Assembly: GCA_965214095.1 (NCBI GenBank)
Contig: OZ243938.1
Location: 32,001-96,000, forward strand
Origin: Candidatus Poribacteria bacterium
GTDB lineage: Bacteria > Poribacteria > WGA-4E > WGA-3G
Reading direction: 5' to 3'
DNA: 64,000 nucleotides
A program made the position numbers and the translations under genes. Below are positions 50,164 through 60,507 of the stretch, in pieces (the first letter of the stretch is position 1; every line of letters starts with the position of its first letter). Below the pieces are notes generated by a model. That model was not told the origin of the DNA, did no database searches, and saw only the letters and a list, made by a program, of their open reading frames with translations.

Positions 50164-50262
50164 GTGAATTATAACTATAAGTTGGCACCCGAGACCCACG
50201 GTAGGCAAGGTTTCCTAACCTCGCCGATGCAGAGTGTTCAAGTAATTTCAAAATCTACTATA
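50164..50262. mobile_element. 103-bp MITE-like repeat, copy 2 (terminal TATA displaced to 48340-48343 by the IS insertion)
   Basis: Inverted ~91% identical copy of 3568-3670; 99 bp here plus 4 bp on the far side of the IS gives 103 bp. Confidence 0.8.
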
Positions 50263-50349
50263 AATGCTATTGATTGGAAATGAAGTGCATCAAAAATATG
50301 GATATGATACGATAGGTTATAGGATAAGTTAGAACTGGAGGAATTACTA

Positions 50350-51441
50350 ATGAGTCGGATTAAGATTGGTGTTATTGGGTGTGGTGCAGTGGCACAAGTC
50401 CAACATTTGCCTAACCTCAAACATCTACACAGAGAGTTTGAAGTATCTATCGTATGTGATTTGTCTCAAGGAGCAGCAGAAGCAGCTGCAAAAAGATTTG
50501 ACATCCCACATTTCGTTTCTGACTATAAGGAACTCTTAGAAACAGATGTTGATGCAGTCCTGTTGTGTCATGGCGACCCTAAAACTGAAGTTGCACTTGC
50601 ATCATTTGAAGCAGGAAAGCATGTTTTCATTGAAAAACCTGTATGCTTTTCACTACAGGAGATTGATGCGATGCTTGATGCACAACGAAAGTCTGGTACC
50701 GTCGCTCAAGCAGGATATATGAAGGTGCATGATCCTGCATTTCAACTTGCAAAGCATGAAGTAGATACGATGCATGACTTCCGGTTTGTCCAGATTAATC
50801 ATTTACATCCAAACAATAGTTTGCATCTAAGCCAATTTGACGTTGAACGTTTTGACGATGTGCCATCCAACGCATTCGCACTTGCTCAGTCAGCACGGGC
50901 AGCTGCACGGAAAGATGCTATTGGAGATGTTCCACCACAAGTGGAACGCGCATTTCATTTATTGTCAGGTAGTATGATTCACGACATATACAGTTTACGT
51001 GTCATGCTCGGATCACCGAGTGAAGTTATCAGTGCGGAAGTTTGGTCAGAAGGTGCTGGAGTAAATATAGTATTTGCTTATCCTAATGGCGCACGTTGTG
51101 TTGCTACATGGGTAGACTTACCTGAACTATGGGACTTTAAGGAAACATTAGAGATTTACGGTGGAGAAAAACGCGTATTGGTTTCGTATCCAACAGGTTT
51201 TTCACGCGGTATTTTGTCTGAGGTAACAATTCAGGGAATAGATGCAGATGGAATCACCTACACAAAAAATCCCACAATTGAATGGGAAAGTGCATTTGTT
51301 AGAGAATTACGACATTTTCATGCATGTATAACTGAAGGTGTAACCTGCTATACTCCGCTTGAATCAGCACGAAAAGATATTGAATTGATAATCAATATTG
51401 TTAGATGTTATGCAAATAAATCTGCAGTTAAATGTGAATAG
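50350..51441 (+). CDS. Gfo/Idh/MocA family oxidoreductase
   Basis: GCGAVA, GKHVFIEKP, GYMK, SMIHD. Confidence 0.9.
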   Translation: MSRIKIGVIGCGAVAQVQHLPNLKHLHREFEVSIVCDLSQGAAEAAAKRFDIPHFVSDYKELLETDVDAVLLCHGDPKTEVALASFEAGKHVFIEKPVCFSLQEIDAMLDAQRKSGTVAQAGYMKVHDPAFQLAKHEVDTMHDFRFVQINHLHPNNSLHLSQFDVERFDDVPSNAFALAQSARAAARKDAIGDVPPQVERAFHLLSGSMIHDIYSLRVMLGSPSEVISAEVWSEGAGVNIVFAYPNGARCVATWVDLPELWDFKETLEIYGGEKRVLVSYPTGFSRGILSEVTIQGIDADGITYTKNPTIEWESAFVRELRHFHACITEGVTCYTPLESARKDIELIINIVRCYANKSAVKCE

Positions 51442-51473
51442 GTAAGATATTCTATAATAGGAACATAAGCAAA

Positions 51474-51509
51474 AAAGTCTGGACAGTTCAATGCAACTGT
51501 CCAGACTTT
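51474..51509. terminator. Bidirectional terminator
   Basis: AAAGTCTGGACAGTT-N6-AACTGTCCAGACTTT between convergent genes. Confidence 0.8.
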
Positions 51510-51525
51510 CTGTTATTAATGGAAA

Positions 51526-53565
51526 TTATTCCACTTCAGTTTCAACTGTTTCTTCAGTTTCAACCACAATAGGTAATACTTCGATTTCAATCACTGTATC
51601 TCCAGTCACAATAAAACGGGGAACAATCAATGCTGTACCTGTAATCGGGATCGGACGTGGTGTTGGAACCAAGTCCTCCATCATTTCTTCTTCATCAATT
51701 ACATCAATTATTTCTTCGTCTTCGGGTGGCGTTTCACCATTTTCGGGTGGCGTTTCACCATTTTCGGGTGGCAGTTCGCCATCTCCTGGTATTATACCAT
51801 CAGTTATACCGTCAATTAAAATTGCGAAAAACTCTCCGAAAAATCCTTCAAATAATTCTTCAATTGAACCTTCTTCTGGTTCAACTTCATCTTCTACCAA
51901 TGTTGCAAGAGTAGCCAACACCAATCCCTTATCAAACTGTAAATCATGGAGTTGTGCAATCAGTTGGTCTAAATTCTCTGGTGACGGAGCAAATGGATTT
52001 CCGAATGGATTAAATCCATATTCATTCGCAGCAGCCATTGAAATTTCTGCTGGTCCAGGAATGAAATGCTCTGGTATATATAGTTGAACTTCTCTATACA
52101 TTTTACGGCTCTGTCCTGCAGCAGTCCAGTGCGGTAACATTTCAAGAACGAATGTTGCAACTTCACCTTGCTTAACTTCACCAACTACATGTATGTCAGT
52201 AATTTCAGTGTGAAGAATGAAAGGTAGATCAGCCATAGAGATGTGGATTTCATCAATAGTTGCTCTACCAGCACCATTAGCAAATAAGTGTGTAAATGAT
52301 TGAACGATGACTTCCATATTTGCTAATACTGCTTCAAACGGATCGGTTGTAATTGTACGGAAAGATTCTCTATAGACTTCATCTGTTTCTTTGAAACTTA
52401 TTGCTACGTTTGCTTCAATAGTTCCAGGACTAACTTCCATTCGAATAGCGTCGAGTGTAGTAGCTGCAACAATTGAAATAAACTCTTCTTGTCCGTAAGC
52501 AACCTTATGTTTCTTGACAATGGGTTCTGCGCTGTTCACTGGCGAATATGAGACTGTAACTGGTATCATAGGTGCTAATTTACCAAGTTCACCAACAATA
52601 CCTGGTCTCAAGTCTTTAGTAATCGTTCCAATCGGGTTACCATAGGCAGTAGCTGACTTGTATGCTATACGTGTATTTGGAACAATTCCATCTACGACTG
52701 CTCTATAAACTGGTAATGAAACTTGTCCATCAAGGAACATGTCATGTCCAAATGCAACGAAGCTGTCTCCATAAACTTGTGTAACAGTTCCAAATCCCAT
52801 TGCATTAACAACATCTCCAACAACGAGTCCAACACCGATCATATCTCCAGCGGATAGATTTTTGGGTGCATTCGCCGGAGGGGCACCAGGGGCACCACCG
52901 ACACGTGAAAATATTTCAACATTGCTGTAACGTGGGTCGGATAGGTGCGATGACAAACTTTGTAACCTATTTTCACCAAGTCCAGTAATAGTTATTGGAG
53001 TTTCCACTGCAGTGTAAGTTGAATTTACGACTGCCCCAGGGGCAGCGGGAAGTGGACCGATGAATTCTCCGAATGGAATATGATCTAATGTGCCTTCCAT
53101 TGCATCAATCGGTGTTACCCAGAACCGATGTGGCGCGGCTGCCCAGGTATCACCATAAGCAAGTGCTCCGAATACACGACCTGACGTTCCTACTGGACTT
53201 CCTGACATACCTTGTGCAAGACCACCCATTGCTGTAACTGCTTCATCAGTTAACACACATTCATAGAGTGGAAATCCGAATCCACCAAATGATTGGACTC
53301 TTCGGAATTCAGCTTCAACTATGACTTTACTTGTGCCTTCAATTGCAGTGATGATTTCAATTGGTGTTTTGGTTGCAAGTCTACGGACTTCATCTTCATA
53401 CATACTTTCGAGTTCTACTTCACCAACAATTGGTGCAGCAGTTGAACCCTCTGTTGCATCAATTACAGCAGGATTCTCAATCTGTGCTTGTTCTTCATCA
53501 GATGAACAAGCCATCTGGAAGAGGATTAACATCGCAATTCCTGCTAAAACAAAAAAACGTTTCAC
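51526..53565 (-). CDS. SpoIVB peptidase S55-domain lipoprotein with acidic C-terminal tail
   Basis: Lipobox QMAC; QGMSGSPV; GTVT...AFGH. Confidence 0.8.
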   Translation of the reverse strand: MKRFFVLAGIAMLILFQMACSSDEEQAQIENPAVIDATEGSTAAPIVGEVELESMYEDEVRRLATKTPIEIITAIEGTSKVIVEAEFRRVQSFGGFGFPLYECVLTDEAVTAMGGLAQGMSGSPVGTSGRVFGALAYGDTWAAAPHRFWVTPIDAMEGTLDHIPFGEFIGPLPAAPGAVVNSTYTAVETPITITGLGENRLQSLSSHLSDPRYSNVEIFSRVGGAPGAPPANAPKNLSAGDMIGVGLVVGDVVNAMGFGTVTQVYGDSFVAFGHDMFLDGQVSLPVYRAVVDGIVPNTRIAYKSATAYGNPIGTITKDLRPGIVGELGKLAPMIPVTVSYSPVNSAEPIVKKHKVAYGQEEFISIVAATTLDAIRMEVSPGTIEANVAISFKETDEVYRESFRTITTDPFEAVLANMEVIVQSFTHLFANGAGRATIDEIHISMADLPFILHTEITDIHVVGEVKQGEVATFVLEMLPHWTAAGQSRKMYREVQLYIPEHFIPGPAEISMAAANEYGFNPFGNPFAPSPENLDQLIAQLHDLQFDKGLVLATLATLVEDEVEPEEGSIEELFEGFFGEFFAILIDGITDGIIPGDGELPPENGETPPENGETPPEDEEIIDVIDEEEMMEDLVPTPRPIPITGTALIVPRFIVTGDTVIEIEVLPIVVETEETVETEVE
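51721..51782. repeat. 21-bp in-frame tandem repeat (about 3 copies)
   Basis: TTCGGGTGGCGTTTCACCATT twice plus a degenerate third copy; encodes GE(L/T)PPEN repeats. Confidence 0.85.
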
Positions 53566-53765
53566 TATTTTTCTCCTTAGAGATTTCTCTCTGTATTACA
53601 GAATTAAATTAATGATATTATTGAATAATTGTTGTTATTTACAAAATTATATGTTGTATCCCAATGTAGTCAGAATATCAAAAATTTTTATAATATCACA
53701 TCAAAATTATACCCTACAAAAACTGGTTTTTGCAAGGTTTGCTATGGCATATTGTTATTTCAATT

Positions 53766-54530
53766 TTACCATGCTACCCAACCACCATCAACTGCAATGG
53801 TTTGTCCAGTAACCCAATTTGCAGCATCTGATGCTAAGAATAGGACAGCCCCAACAACTTCATCAACCTCGCCAACGCGTCCCATCGGAATACGACGGAC
53901 GACATCTTCATAGAATTCTTTGCGTTGCAGCAACACATCTGCCAACGGTGTTCGAGTGAAAGCTGGTGCTACTGCGTTGACAGTAACATTGTGTGGTGCC
54001 CATTCTACTGCTAGACCTTTTGTTAATAGGACTACACCTCCTTTACTACCAGAATATGCTACACGCAACGGTCCCCCAACTAATCCCATAGTTGAGGATA
54101 TATTGATTATTTTTCCACTTTCACGTTCAATCATCGGTTTGACAAGTGTTTGTGTCAAAAAGAATAACCCTTTGAGGTTTAGGTCGTAAATTGCATCCCA
54201 ATCTTCTTCAGTCAGTTCCAGAGCTGGTTTCGGACGATTTGTGCCTGCATTATTAACAAGGACATCAACTCTTCCCCAGACATCCAATGCAGTTTTAGCA
54301 CCCTCTTCTACTTCTTTCATATCACTCACATCAAACACAACAGATTCTGCTTCACCACCATTAGCACGGATTTCATCCGCAACTTCATCAAGGTCAGATT
54401 TAGTTCGACTGTTCAAGATGACCTTTGCCCCCATCTGCGCAGCAGCAAGGGCGATTCCTCTACCAATACCTTTGCCAGAACCGGTAATTAACATCACTTT
54501 ATCATTCAATTCAAATCCGGGAAATGCCAT
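53766..54530 (-). CDS. Short-chain dehydrogenase/reductase (gluconate/2-deoxygluconate dehydrogenase-like)
   Basis: TGSGKGIG, NNAG, YSGSK, EWA...VNAVAP. Confidence 0.9.
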   Translation of the reverse strand: MAFPGFELNDKVMLITGSGKGIGRGIALAAAQMGAKVILNSRTKSDLDEVADEIRANGGEAESVVFDVSDMKEVEEGAKTALDVWGRVDVLVNNAGTNRPKPALELTEEDWDAIYDLNLKGLFFLTQTLVKPMIERESGKIINISSTMGLVGGPLRVAYSGSKGGVVLLTKGLAVEWAPHNVTVNAVAPAFTRTPLADVLLQRKEFYEDVVRRIPMGRVGEVDEVVGAVLFLASDAANWVTGQTIAVDGGWVAW

Positions 54531-54606
54531 AAAATACCTCCAACTTTCTATTCTGTTTGCGTACTCAAATATCTCTAAGATACAATTCCATACAGAATAA
54601 ATACTC

Positions 54607-55449
54607 TTAGCTGCTTATCTGCCTACTGGCTAAAGTCATTGTATTCTGTAATAACATTGCGCGTGTCAATGGACCAACTCCTCCTGGTACTGGTGTAATA
54701 TAACCGGCAATCTCTTTGACTTCATCAAATTTGACATCACCTATTAGACGCTCGCCAATCGAATTTATACCAACATCAATAACGATCGCATCTCTTTTTA
54801 CCATATCACCTGTGATAAATTCCGCGTGCCCAACAGCAGCAACAAGGATATCTGCTTGACGAGAGATCTCTGCAAGATTCTTTGTTCGTGAATGACAGTA
54901 TGTAACGGTGGCATTTCGATTTAGAAGCATTATACCGATGGGTTTCCCTACAAGATGACTCCGACCAACACAGACAGCATGTTTCCCTTCAATCTGTCTA
55001 CCTGTCTTTTCGATCAGATGTATTATTCCCGTTGGTGTGCATGGTGTAATACATTCTCTATTGATGAAAAGGTTACCTAAATTGAACGGAGTTAATCCAT
55101 CAGCATCCTTATCTGGTGAGATTGCATCTATGATAGTCTGTTCATCAAGAGTATCCGGTAAGGGCATTTGTACTAAGATACCGTGAATGTCCTTCCGCTG
55201 ATTTAACGCTTCTACTTTTTCAATTAGAGCATTTTGTGTTATGTTGGGTGGAAGTCGGTGTACTTCAGAATGGAAATGTACTTTCTCACAATCGCGCTGC
55301 TTGTGTTTGATATATACGATGGATGCGGGATCATCACCAACCTGCACGACTGCAAGTCCAGGAGTAAAAGGTTTTTTTTTCAATTCCCGCCGTATTTCAC
55401 TACGTATTCGTTGTGCAAGACGGGTTCCATTAAGGATTTCTGCTGACAA
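54607..55449 (-). CDS. folD: Methylenetetrahydrofolate dehydrogenase/cyclohydrolase
   Basis: PGLAVVQVGDDPAS..Y...K, GILVQMPLP, KDADG, PCTP, TPVPGGVGPLT. Confidence 0.96.
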   Translation of the reverse strand: MSAEILNGTRLAQRIRSEIRRELKKKPFTPGLAVVQVGDDPASIVYIKHKQRDCEKVHFHSEVHRLPPNITQNALIEKVEALNQRKDIHGILVQMPLPDTLDEQTIIDAISPDKDADGLTPFNLGNLFINRECITPCTPTGIIHLIEKTGRQIEGKHAVCVGRSHLVGKPIGIMLLNRNATVTYCHSRTKNLAEISRQADILVAAVGHAEFITGDMVKRDAIVIDVGINSIGERLIGDVKFDEVKEIAGYITPVPGGVGPLTRAMLLQNTMTLASRQISS

Positions 55450-55604
55450 GTACCAATTCCTCCAAGATGAAAATCCACTATCTCAATTCAATCAGTGCGG
55501 TCTTTTCTATATATTCATGATTATCACGAAATCTATAGAGTCCTCAATTATTATATCAATTTACCATCATTCTGTCTATATGAAAATATATCATCGCACA
55601 GTAT

Positions 55605-57605
55605 TTATTCAGTCTTTATACGTTTTTGTCGTTCTTGTAAAAATTCTATGACATCATCCGAACTTTGAAATCCGATATTTCTTGCCTCATCAACAACCAT
55701 CTGTTTCTGAATATGATTGTTTGTAATAATCATCTCCGCTTGCTGATAATATTCTAACGCCTGTTCCTTATTTCCACTTTCCTGATGCATAACAGCCAAG
55801 TAAATCAGGGCTGCTGCTAAACGCGGAGAATCAGTACGGGTCTTGATGAACTCTTCAAAAGCGAACCGAGCATCAGTATATCGTTGATCTTCAAAATGCA
55901 CCCTACCAATCCGAAATTGTGCTTTGTCAGCATAACTGTCCTTGTATCCACCAGATAGATAAATTTCTCTCTCAGGATATGCGATTGTTGTCTGATATGC
56001 TTTTATGGCTTCATCATACCGTTGCAGTTTTCTAAATATTTCTCCTACCTGAAATGTTGCCATCATCGCCTGTAAGGTGTTTGGGTATTTCTTAGTGATA
56101 GTATTGAATGAATTGATGGCTGAATTTGGCTTTTCCAGTATATCCGTATAGATTATACTTATACGGTAGAGTGCCTCAGCTGCATAAGGTGATTGCCCGT
56201 GTTCCTTTACTACTTTATTGTATGCCTCAACGGCTTTAGAATAATTAAGGAGCTCACGTTCATAGATGGTTGCAATTTGTAGTTGAGACCTCGCCATTTC
56301 GGCAGCATTTATTCTATCGTTTGATATATGGACTTGAAGGTTTTCTATTGCAGCGAGATGTTTTAGAGACGATAGTTGAGTCGCAACCTTTTTTGAGTAT
56401 TGTGTATTCGGATATGTTACAATCAGATTTTTAGCAATAGTTAATACTTCATTATATCTGCCTTCAGTCATTAACTCTTCCAGTTTTTCATATTCATGCT
56501 TCGGAATTAAATTTGAAAGCGTCTTGATCTTTTGAGTCAGCAATTCCGTTACTTCAGACAAACTCTTATCATACATTGCAATTTGTCCATAGTAGACTGG
56601 ATCAAGTTCTGGTAGGTAGATATTAATAAAGATATTAAGTGTTTTATGTGCTTCGGTGTAATTCTGTGTTTGTTCATGGCAGATGCCAGTCCAATAATAT
56701 ACGGCATGTAAATTCCAGAAGTTTGGATATTTCTCTGTAATTGTTGAGTATACATCGATCGCGTTTTGATATTCTAAGTTCTCACGATGTAGATTACCGA
56801 TATGAAACAGTGCCTCAGCAGCAAAGTTTGTCGTTGGATAATTTTTGACCACTTTTTTGTATGCATCAATCGCTAATGCAAATTGATGAAGGACTGTATG
56901 TCTGATATGTGCAATTCGCCATTGTGATTCTGCTGCCAATTGTTCGTAGGGATGGCTATGTAGCAGTGTTTGATAGGCAGTAATTGCAAGTTCAGGTTGA
57001 TTAAGTTGTGAATGAGATCGGTACAGTTCTGCAATCTGAAATTGTGCTACCGCAGCTAAATGAGTGCCTTTATAGGTCTTAATTACATCTTCCTGATTCT
57101 CTAAGTTTTTTAAGGCATTTTCTATATCTCGGATTCTTCGCAAACCTATCTCATGCACAAAATGTGTTTCTGGTGCCATGCCAACAAGAGCCTGAAAATA
57201 TTGGACAGCCCGATCGTAATTCCCCATACGACTATACACATCTCCGACCTTAATGTATGCAAGATATATTTCAGCAATCGGTATCCCTTTGTCTTTCAAC
57301 CCTAATATCCTCTCATAAGCCTTGAGTGCTTCAGGATATTGCTGTGTATAGGTATAGTATAACTCACCAAGTTGGTGGTAGGACTGACTGCGTGTGTCAA
57401 CATCGGTTGATGTTTTTAAGTGTATTTTCAATTGCGCAACTGCTTCGGGATACCTACGTTCTTTTATTAGAGAGGTAATGTCGTCCTGCTGCGCAAAAGA
57501 TGATAAAACAAACGGCAACATCAACAAGTATATACATGTATATATGATGACGGATAGGAAGGATACTTTCAATTTTCCCACGATATTCCTTAATGTTAGA
57601 GGCAA
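55605..57605 (-). CDS. Exported tetratricopeptide-repeat protein (BamD/CpoB-type TPRs)
   Basis: Signal/TM region followed by many A...Y......YP....A.EA.F.IG repeats. Confidence 0.85.
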   Translation of the reverse strand: MPLTLRNIVGKLKVSFLSVIIYTCIYLLMLPFVLSSFAQQDDITSLIKERRYPEAVAQLKIHLKTSTDVDTRSQSYHQLGELYYTYTQQYPEALKAYERILGLKDKGIPIAEIYLAYIKVGDVYSRMGNYDRAVQYFQALVGMAPETHFVHEIGLRRIRDIENALKNLENQEDVIKTYKGTHLAAVAQFQIAELYRSHSQLNQPELAITAYQTLLHSHPYEQLAAESQWRIAHIRHTVLHQFALAIDAYKKVVKNYPTTNFAAEALFHIGNLHRENLEYQNAIDVYSTITEKYPNFWNLHAVYYWTGICHEQTQNYTEAHKTLNIFINIYLPELDPVYYGQIAMYDKSLSEVTELLTQKIKTLSNLIPKHEYEKLEELMTEGRYNEVLTIAKNLIVTYPNTQYSKKVATQLSSLKHLAAIENLQVHISNDRINAAEMARSQLQIATIYERELLNYSKAVEAYNKVVKEHGQSPYAAEALYRISIIYTDILEKPNSAINSFNTITKKYPNTLQAMMATFQVGEIFRKLQRYDEAIKAYQTTIAYPEREIYLSGGYKDSYADKAQFRIGRVHFEDQRYTDARFAFEEFIKTRTDSPRLAAALIYLAVMHQESGNKEQALEYYQQAEMIITNNHIQKQMVVDEARNIGFQSSDDVIEFLQERQKRIKTE

Positions 57606-57620
57606 AATGATAACTGATGA

Positions 57621-58235
57621 TTAGAACTCAGAATTAACACTTTTTAGTTGATTGTCGGCAATATTTACCCAATCTGTTCCTTGGGCTTGGTCTTTAACTC
57701 GATTGAGTTGACTCACTGTATCCCACGTATCAGATTGACGAAGATGTTTTTTACGTAACACATCTTCCAAACTTCGTTGAATATCTTGATGTCTATATTG
57801 CTCAATACGTGCATCAGCTGAATTTATTCGTTCCATATCTAAAGTCGGAGGCCTGAACGGATTACCAACAAAAAACGCAACTGCTATTGCAGCAACAGTA
57901 AAAATACAGATACTGGCCACCTTCTGTTGCTGCATTACTATCATGATATTTGAAAAATAGTTAGATATACGTGTAAGTAGCGATGTTTTTTCCGGTGGAG
58001 CGTCCGCAAGACGTTTGTAGAGTTTCATCTCAAGATCGCGAGGAGCAATAGCATACGGTAGAAATTCGTTCTCGGCATCATCAACAAGGTGAAGCACACG
58101 ACTATAGGAATACACCATTCTGGTACACTTGTTGCATGTGGTCAGGTGATGCTCAAAATCATAAGATTCTGAGTGTTCTAACTCACCATAGACATAATCT
58201 ATGACCTGTGCTTCAGATATTTTACATTTAGGCAT
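57621..58235 (-). CDS. Zinc-binding anti-sigma factor (zf-HC2)
   Basis: HLTTCNKC (HxxxCxxC), central TM helix, directly downstream of an ECF sigma factor. Confidence 0.85.
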   Translation of the reverse strand: MPKCKISEAQVIDYVYGELEHSESYDFEHHLTTCNKCTRMVYSYSRVLHLVDDAENEFLPYAIAPRDLEMKLYKRLADAPPEKTSLLTRISNYFSNIMIVMQQQKVASICIFTVAAIAVAFFVGNPFRPPTLDMERINSADARIEQYRHQDIQRSLEDVLRKKHLRQSDTWDTVSQLNRVKDQAQGTDWVNIADNQLKSVNSEF

Positions 58236-58246
58236 TAACTTCCCCC

Positions 58247-58828
58247 CTATATTTCATTATTCTCTAATAGTGGTCGTAATATGGTCTGTAATTTTTTAAT
58301 CGCACGGTGTAAATGAATCTTGACTGTACCTTCAGCCATTCCGAGTGTTTCAGCTACTTCCTTAATCTGCAAACCTTCATACCGTGCCAACATAAATACA
58401 GATTTTTGCTTTGCTGAGAGTTCATCAACAGCTTCTCTTATTATACGTCCTCGTTCTTTGTCTTCAAGATTCTTTTCAGGATTACTCGCAATGTCTGTCG
58501 CAACTAACCTATTTTCTATTACCTCTTCATCTTCCAACATGTAAACAGGCTGTCGAGATTTTGCCCGGTGGTAATCAATTGAGAGATTTGAGGCTATTGT
58601 ATATAGCCAAGTGGAAAACTTTGCCTTTGGCTCCCATTTACCAAGTGCACGATATGCTTTGAAGAATACTTCAAGCGTTAACTCTTCGGCATCTTCGTAA
58701 TTTCGGACAGAACGAAGAAGATATCCGAATATTCTACGTTCATAACGTTTCATTAATTCATCAAAAGCTTTCTGACTACCTGATTTGAACTGTGCTACCA
58801 ACATTTCATCGTCAATCATTTTGTCCAT
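58247..58828 (-). CDS. ECF RNA polymerase sigma factor
   Basis: Region 2 DAEEL..EVF...FSTWLYTIASN; region 4 LS.KQK...EVAETLGMAEGTVKIHLHRA. Confidence 0.93.
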   Translation of the reverse strand: MDKMIDDEMLVAQFKSGSQKAFDELMKRYERRIFGYLLRSVRNYEDAEELTLEVFFKAYRALGKWEPKAKFSTWLYTIASNLSIDYHRAKSRQPVYMLEDEEVIENRLVATDIASNPEKNLEDKERGRIIREAVDELSAKQKSVFMLARYEGLQIKEVAETLGMAEGTVKIHLHRAIKKLQTILRPLLENNEI

Positions 58829-59074
58829 AATATTTGCCAGACTTTCATGTAGTTTTTGAACAACTTAACCATTTAACGCAAATAAGTTTCGTTAAGTTTA
58901 CAGGATTTATTTTTTTGTGTCAAAAATTGTGTTCCATCATACAATAATTACTTAGTAATATCAGACGTTCAATAAGATCTCATGCATTTTTGGTGGAAAT
59001 GTGTCAAATTTAGTGGAATATGCACAGCAAATTAGGTAAAATAATGAATGTAAAATCAAACGGAGGTATTTTAG

Positions 59075-60097
59075 GTGGCAAACGAAAATTCAAAACCGAT
59101 TGTAATTCCAGCATCAGAAACGGCTGAACGTATGACGCTTGCAGCGTCGAATTTCTTAGATGTACTATCCCCCGCAATGCGCGAAAAAACAAATCTTCCA
59201 TTTGAAGGGAACGAACGTTTTCGATGGCATTACATTCCCATTGAGATGTGGGAACGACAGGGAGTATCTTTAAAAGAACTTAATGCCAAGCAACAGGATG
59301 CAGCATTTGCACTTATGGAAAGTGGGTTGAGTCCTGATGGATATAAAAAAGCACGGGCAATAATCAATTTGGAGACAATACTCGGAGAAATAGAGAAAAC
59401 AGACGGTGATGGAAGACTTGAACGAAATCCTGAATTCTACTATTTCACCATATTTGGCGATCCGACAGGCAACGGTGCGTGGGGATGGCGCGCTGAAGGT
59501 CATCATGTCTCTCTCAACTTTACGGTGGTCAACAGAGAATTGATTTCACCAAATCCATTCTTTTTCGGGTCAAATCCAGCAGAGGTACCAGATGGAGAAA
59601 ACAAAGGTTTACGGGTACTCTATGCTGAGGAAGACCTTGCCCGACAACTCTTAACAAGCTTAACACCGTATCAAAAAACAATTGCGGTTATAGAAGCAGA
59701 TGCCCCATCTGATATTCTGACTCGCAATGCACCCAAAGTAGAATTTGATGCAGTTGAAGGTCTATCGGTTGAAACCATGCAAACGCATCAGCGCGATCTC
59801 TTGATACAGGTTGTGCATGAATATATAGATAGACTACCAGGGGAAATTGCAGCTATTGAGAGACGAAAACTACGCGAAAGCAGCGTAAACGACATACATT
59901 TTGCTTGGGCAGGTGGCGAAGAACGTAGGATGCCGCACTATTACCGTATTCACGGACCATTCTTCTTCGTAGAATATGATAACACGCAGAACAATGCTAA
60001 TCATATTCATTCTGTGTGGAGACACATAGAGGACGATTTTGGGGTTGATCTACTTCGGTTGCATTACAACAAAAGTGATCATCATGATCATTCGTAG
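59075..60097 (+). CDS. DUF3500 family protein
   Basis: WHYIP, YYFTIFGDP, WGWRAEGHHVSLN, FFGSNP, YYRIHGP, EYDNTQNNANHIHSVWR. Confidence 0.9.
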   Translation: MANENSKPIVIPASETAERMTLAASNFLDVLSPAMREKTNLPFEGNERFRWHYIPIEMWERQGVSLKELNAKQQDAAFALMESGLSPDGYKKARAIINLETILGEIEKTDGDGRLERNPEFYYFTIFGDPTGNGAWGWRAEGHHVSLNFTVVNRELISPNPFFFGSNPAEVPDGENKGLRVLYAEEDLARQLLTSLTPYQKTIAVIEADAPSDILTRNAPKVEFDAVEGLSVETMQTHQRDLLIQVVHEYIDRLPGEIAAIERRKLRESSVNDIHFAWAGGEERRMPHYYRIHGPFFFVEYDNTQNNANHIHSVWRHIEDDFGVDLLRLHYNKSDHHDHS

Positions 60098-60114
60098 CAA
60101 AGACTGTACATTAG

Positions 60115-60140
60115 AAAAGCCGCCAAAGTTGGCGGCTTTC
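60115..60140. terminator. Terminator hairpin
   Basis: AAAGCCGCCAA-AG-TTGGCGGCTTT. Confidence 0.7.
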
Positions 60141-60173
60141 CAAATTTGCTAGAGATTACTGAAGATTGTTTTG

Positions 60174-60218
60174 CTAGATTGTTTTTTCTCCTGCGGATTG
60201 AAGTATTTCATTGATCAA
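60174..60218 (-). pseudogene. Collapsed remnant of a DUF3368-type PIN toxin (14 aa: MINEILQSAGEKTI)
   Basis: TTG overlaps the antitoxin TGA; MI is followed directly by a LxxAGE C-terminal signature. Confidence 0.4.
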
Positions 60219-60499
60219 CCTATTTGTTGCAACAGAGTTTTACTATTTTCCAACTCAATTTGGATTTCTTCATCATCAAATTCAGCTATGGGAATACCAT
60301 GCTGATTTAACAACTGAATAAAATCCCACAGATGTAATTCAGCTAATTTAGCAGCTTGTCCCAAAGACAGGGCATTTCGCTTGAACAGAGAAACAGCCAA
60401 CAAGTGTCTTACCTCTTCGGTTAATTTCTCACGATTGTATCCCGATAAAGAAAGGGGTGTTGATAGTTCACTGGGAACATCCAACTTAATTGAAAACAT
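60215..60499 (-). CDS. UPF0175 family protein (putative antitoxin)
   Basis: LAVSLFKRNALSLGQAAKLAEL..WDFIQLLNQHGIP. Confidence 0.85.
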   Translation of the reverse strand: MFSIKLDVPSELSTPLSLSGYNREKLTEEVRHLLAVSLFKRNALSLGQAAKLAELHLWDFIQLLNQHGIPIAEFDDEEIQIELENSKTLLQQIG

Positions 60500-60507
60500 A
60501 TTAATAC

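Noticed and set aside
51721-51782. CRISPR-like array
   Set aside because: Contiguous in-frame 21-bp coding repeat without spacers; no repeat-spacer array or cas genes were seen in the window.
51491-52087. 198-aa Ser-rich plus-strand ORF and the many other short antisense ORFs
   Set aside because: They are shadows of well-supported genes on the opposite strand.
55450-55604. THF or ZTP riboswitch upstream of folD
   Set aside because: Only an AT-rich imperfect hairpin is present; no consensus motifs of either class were seen.
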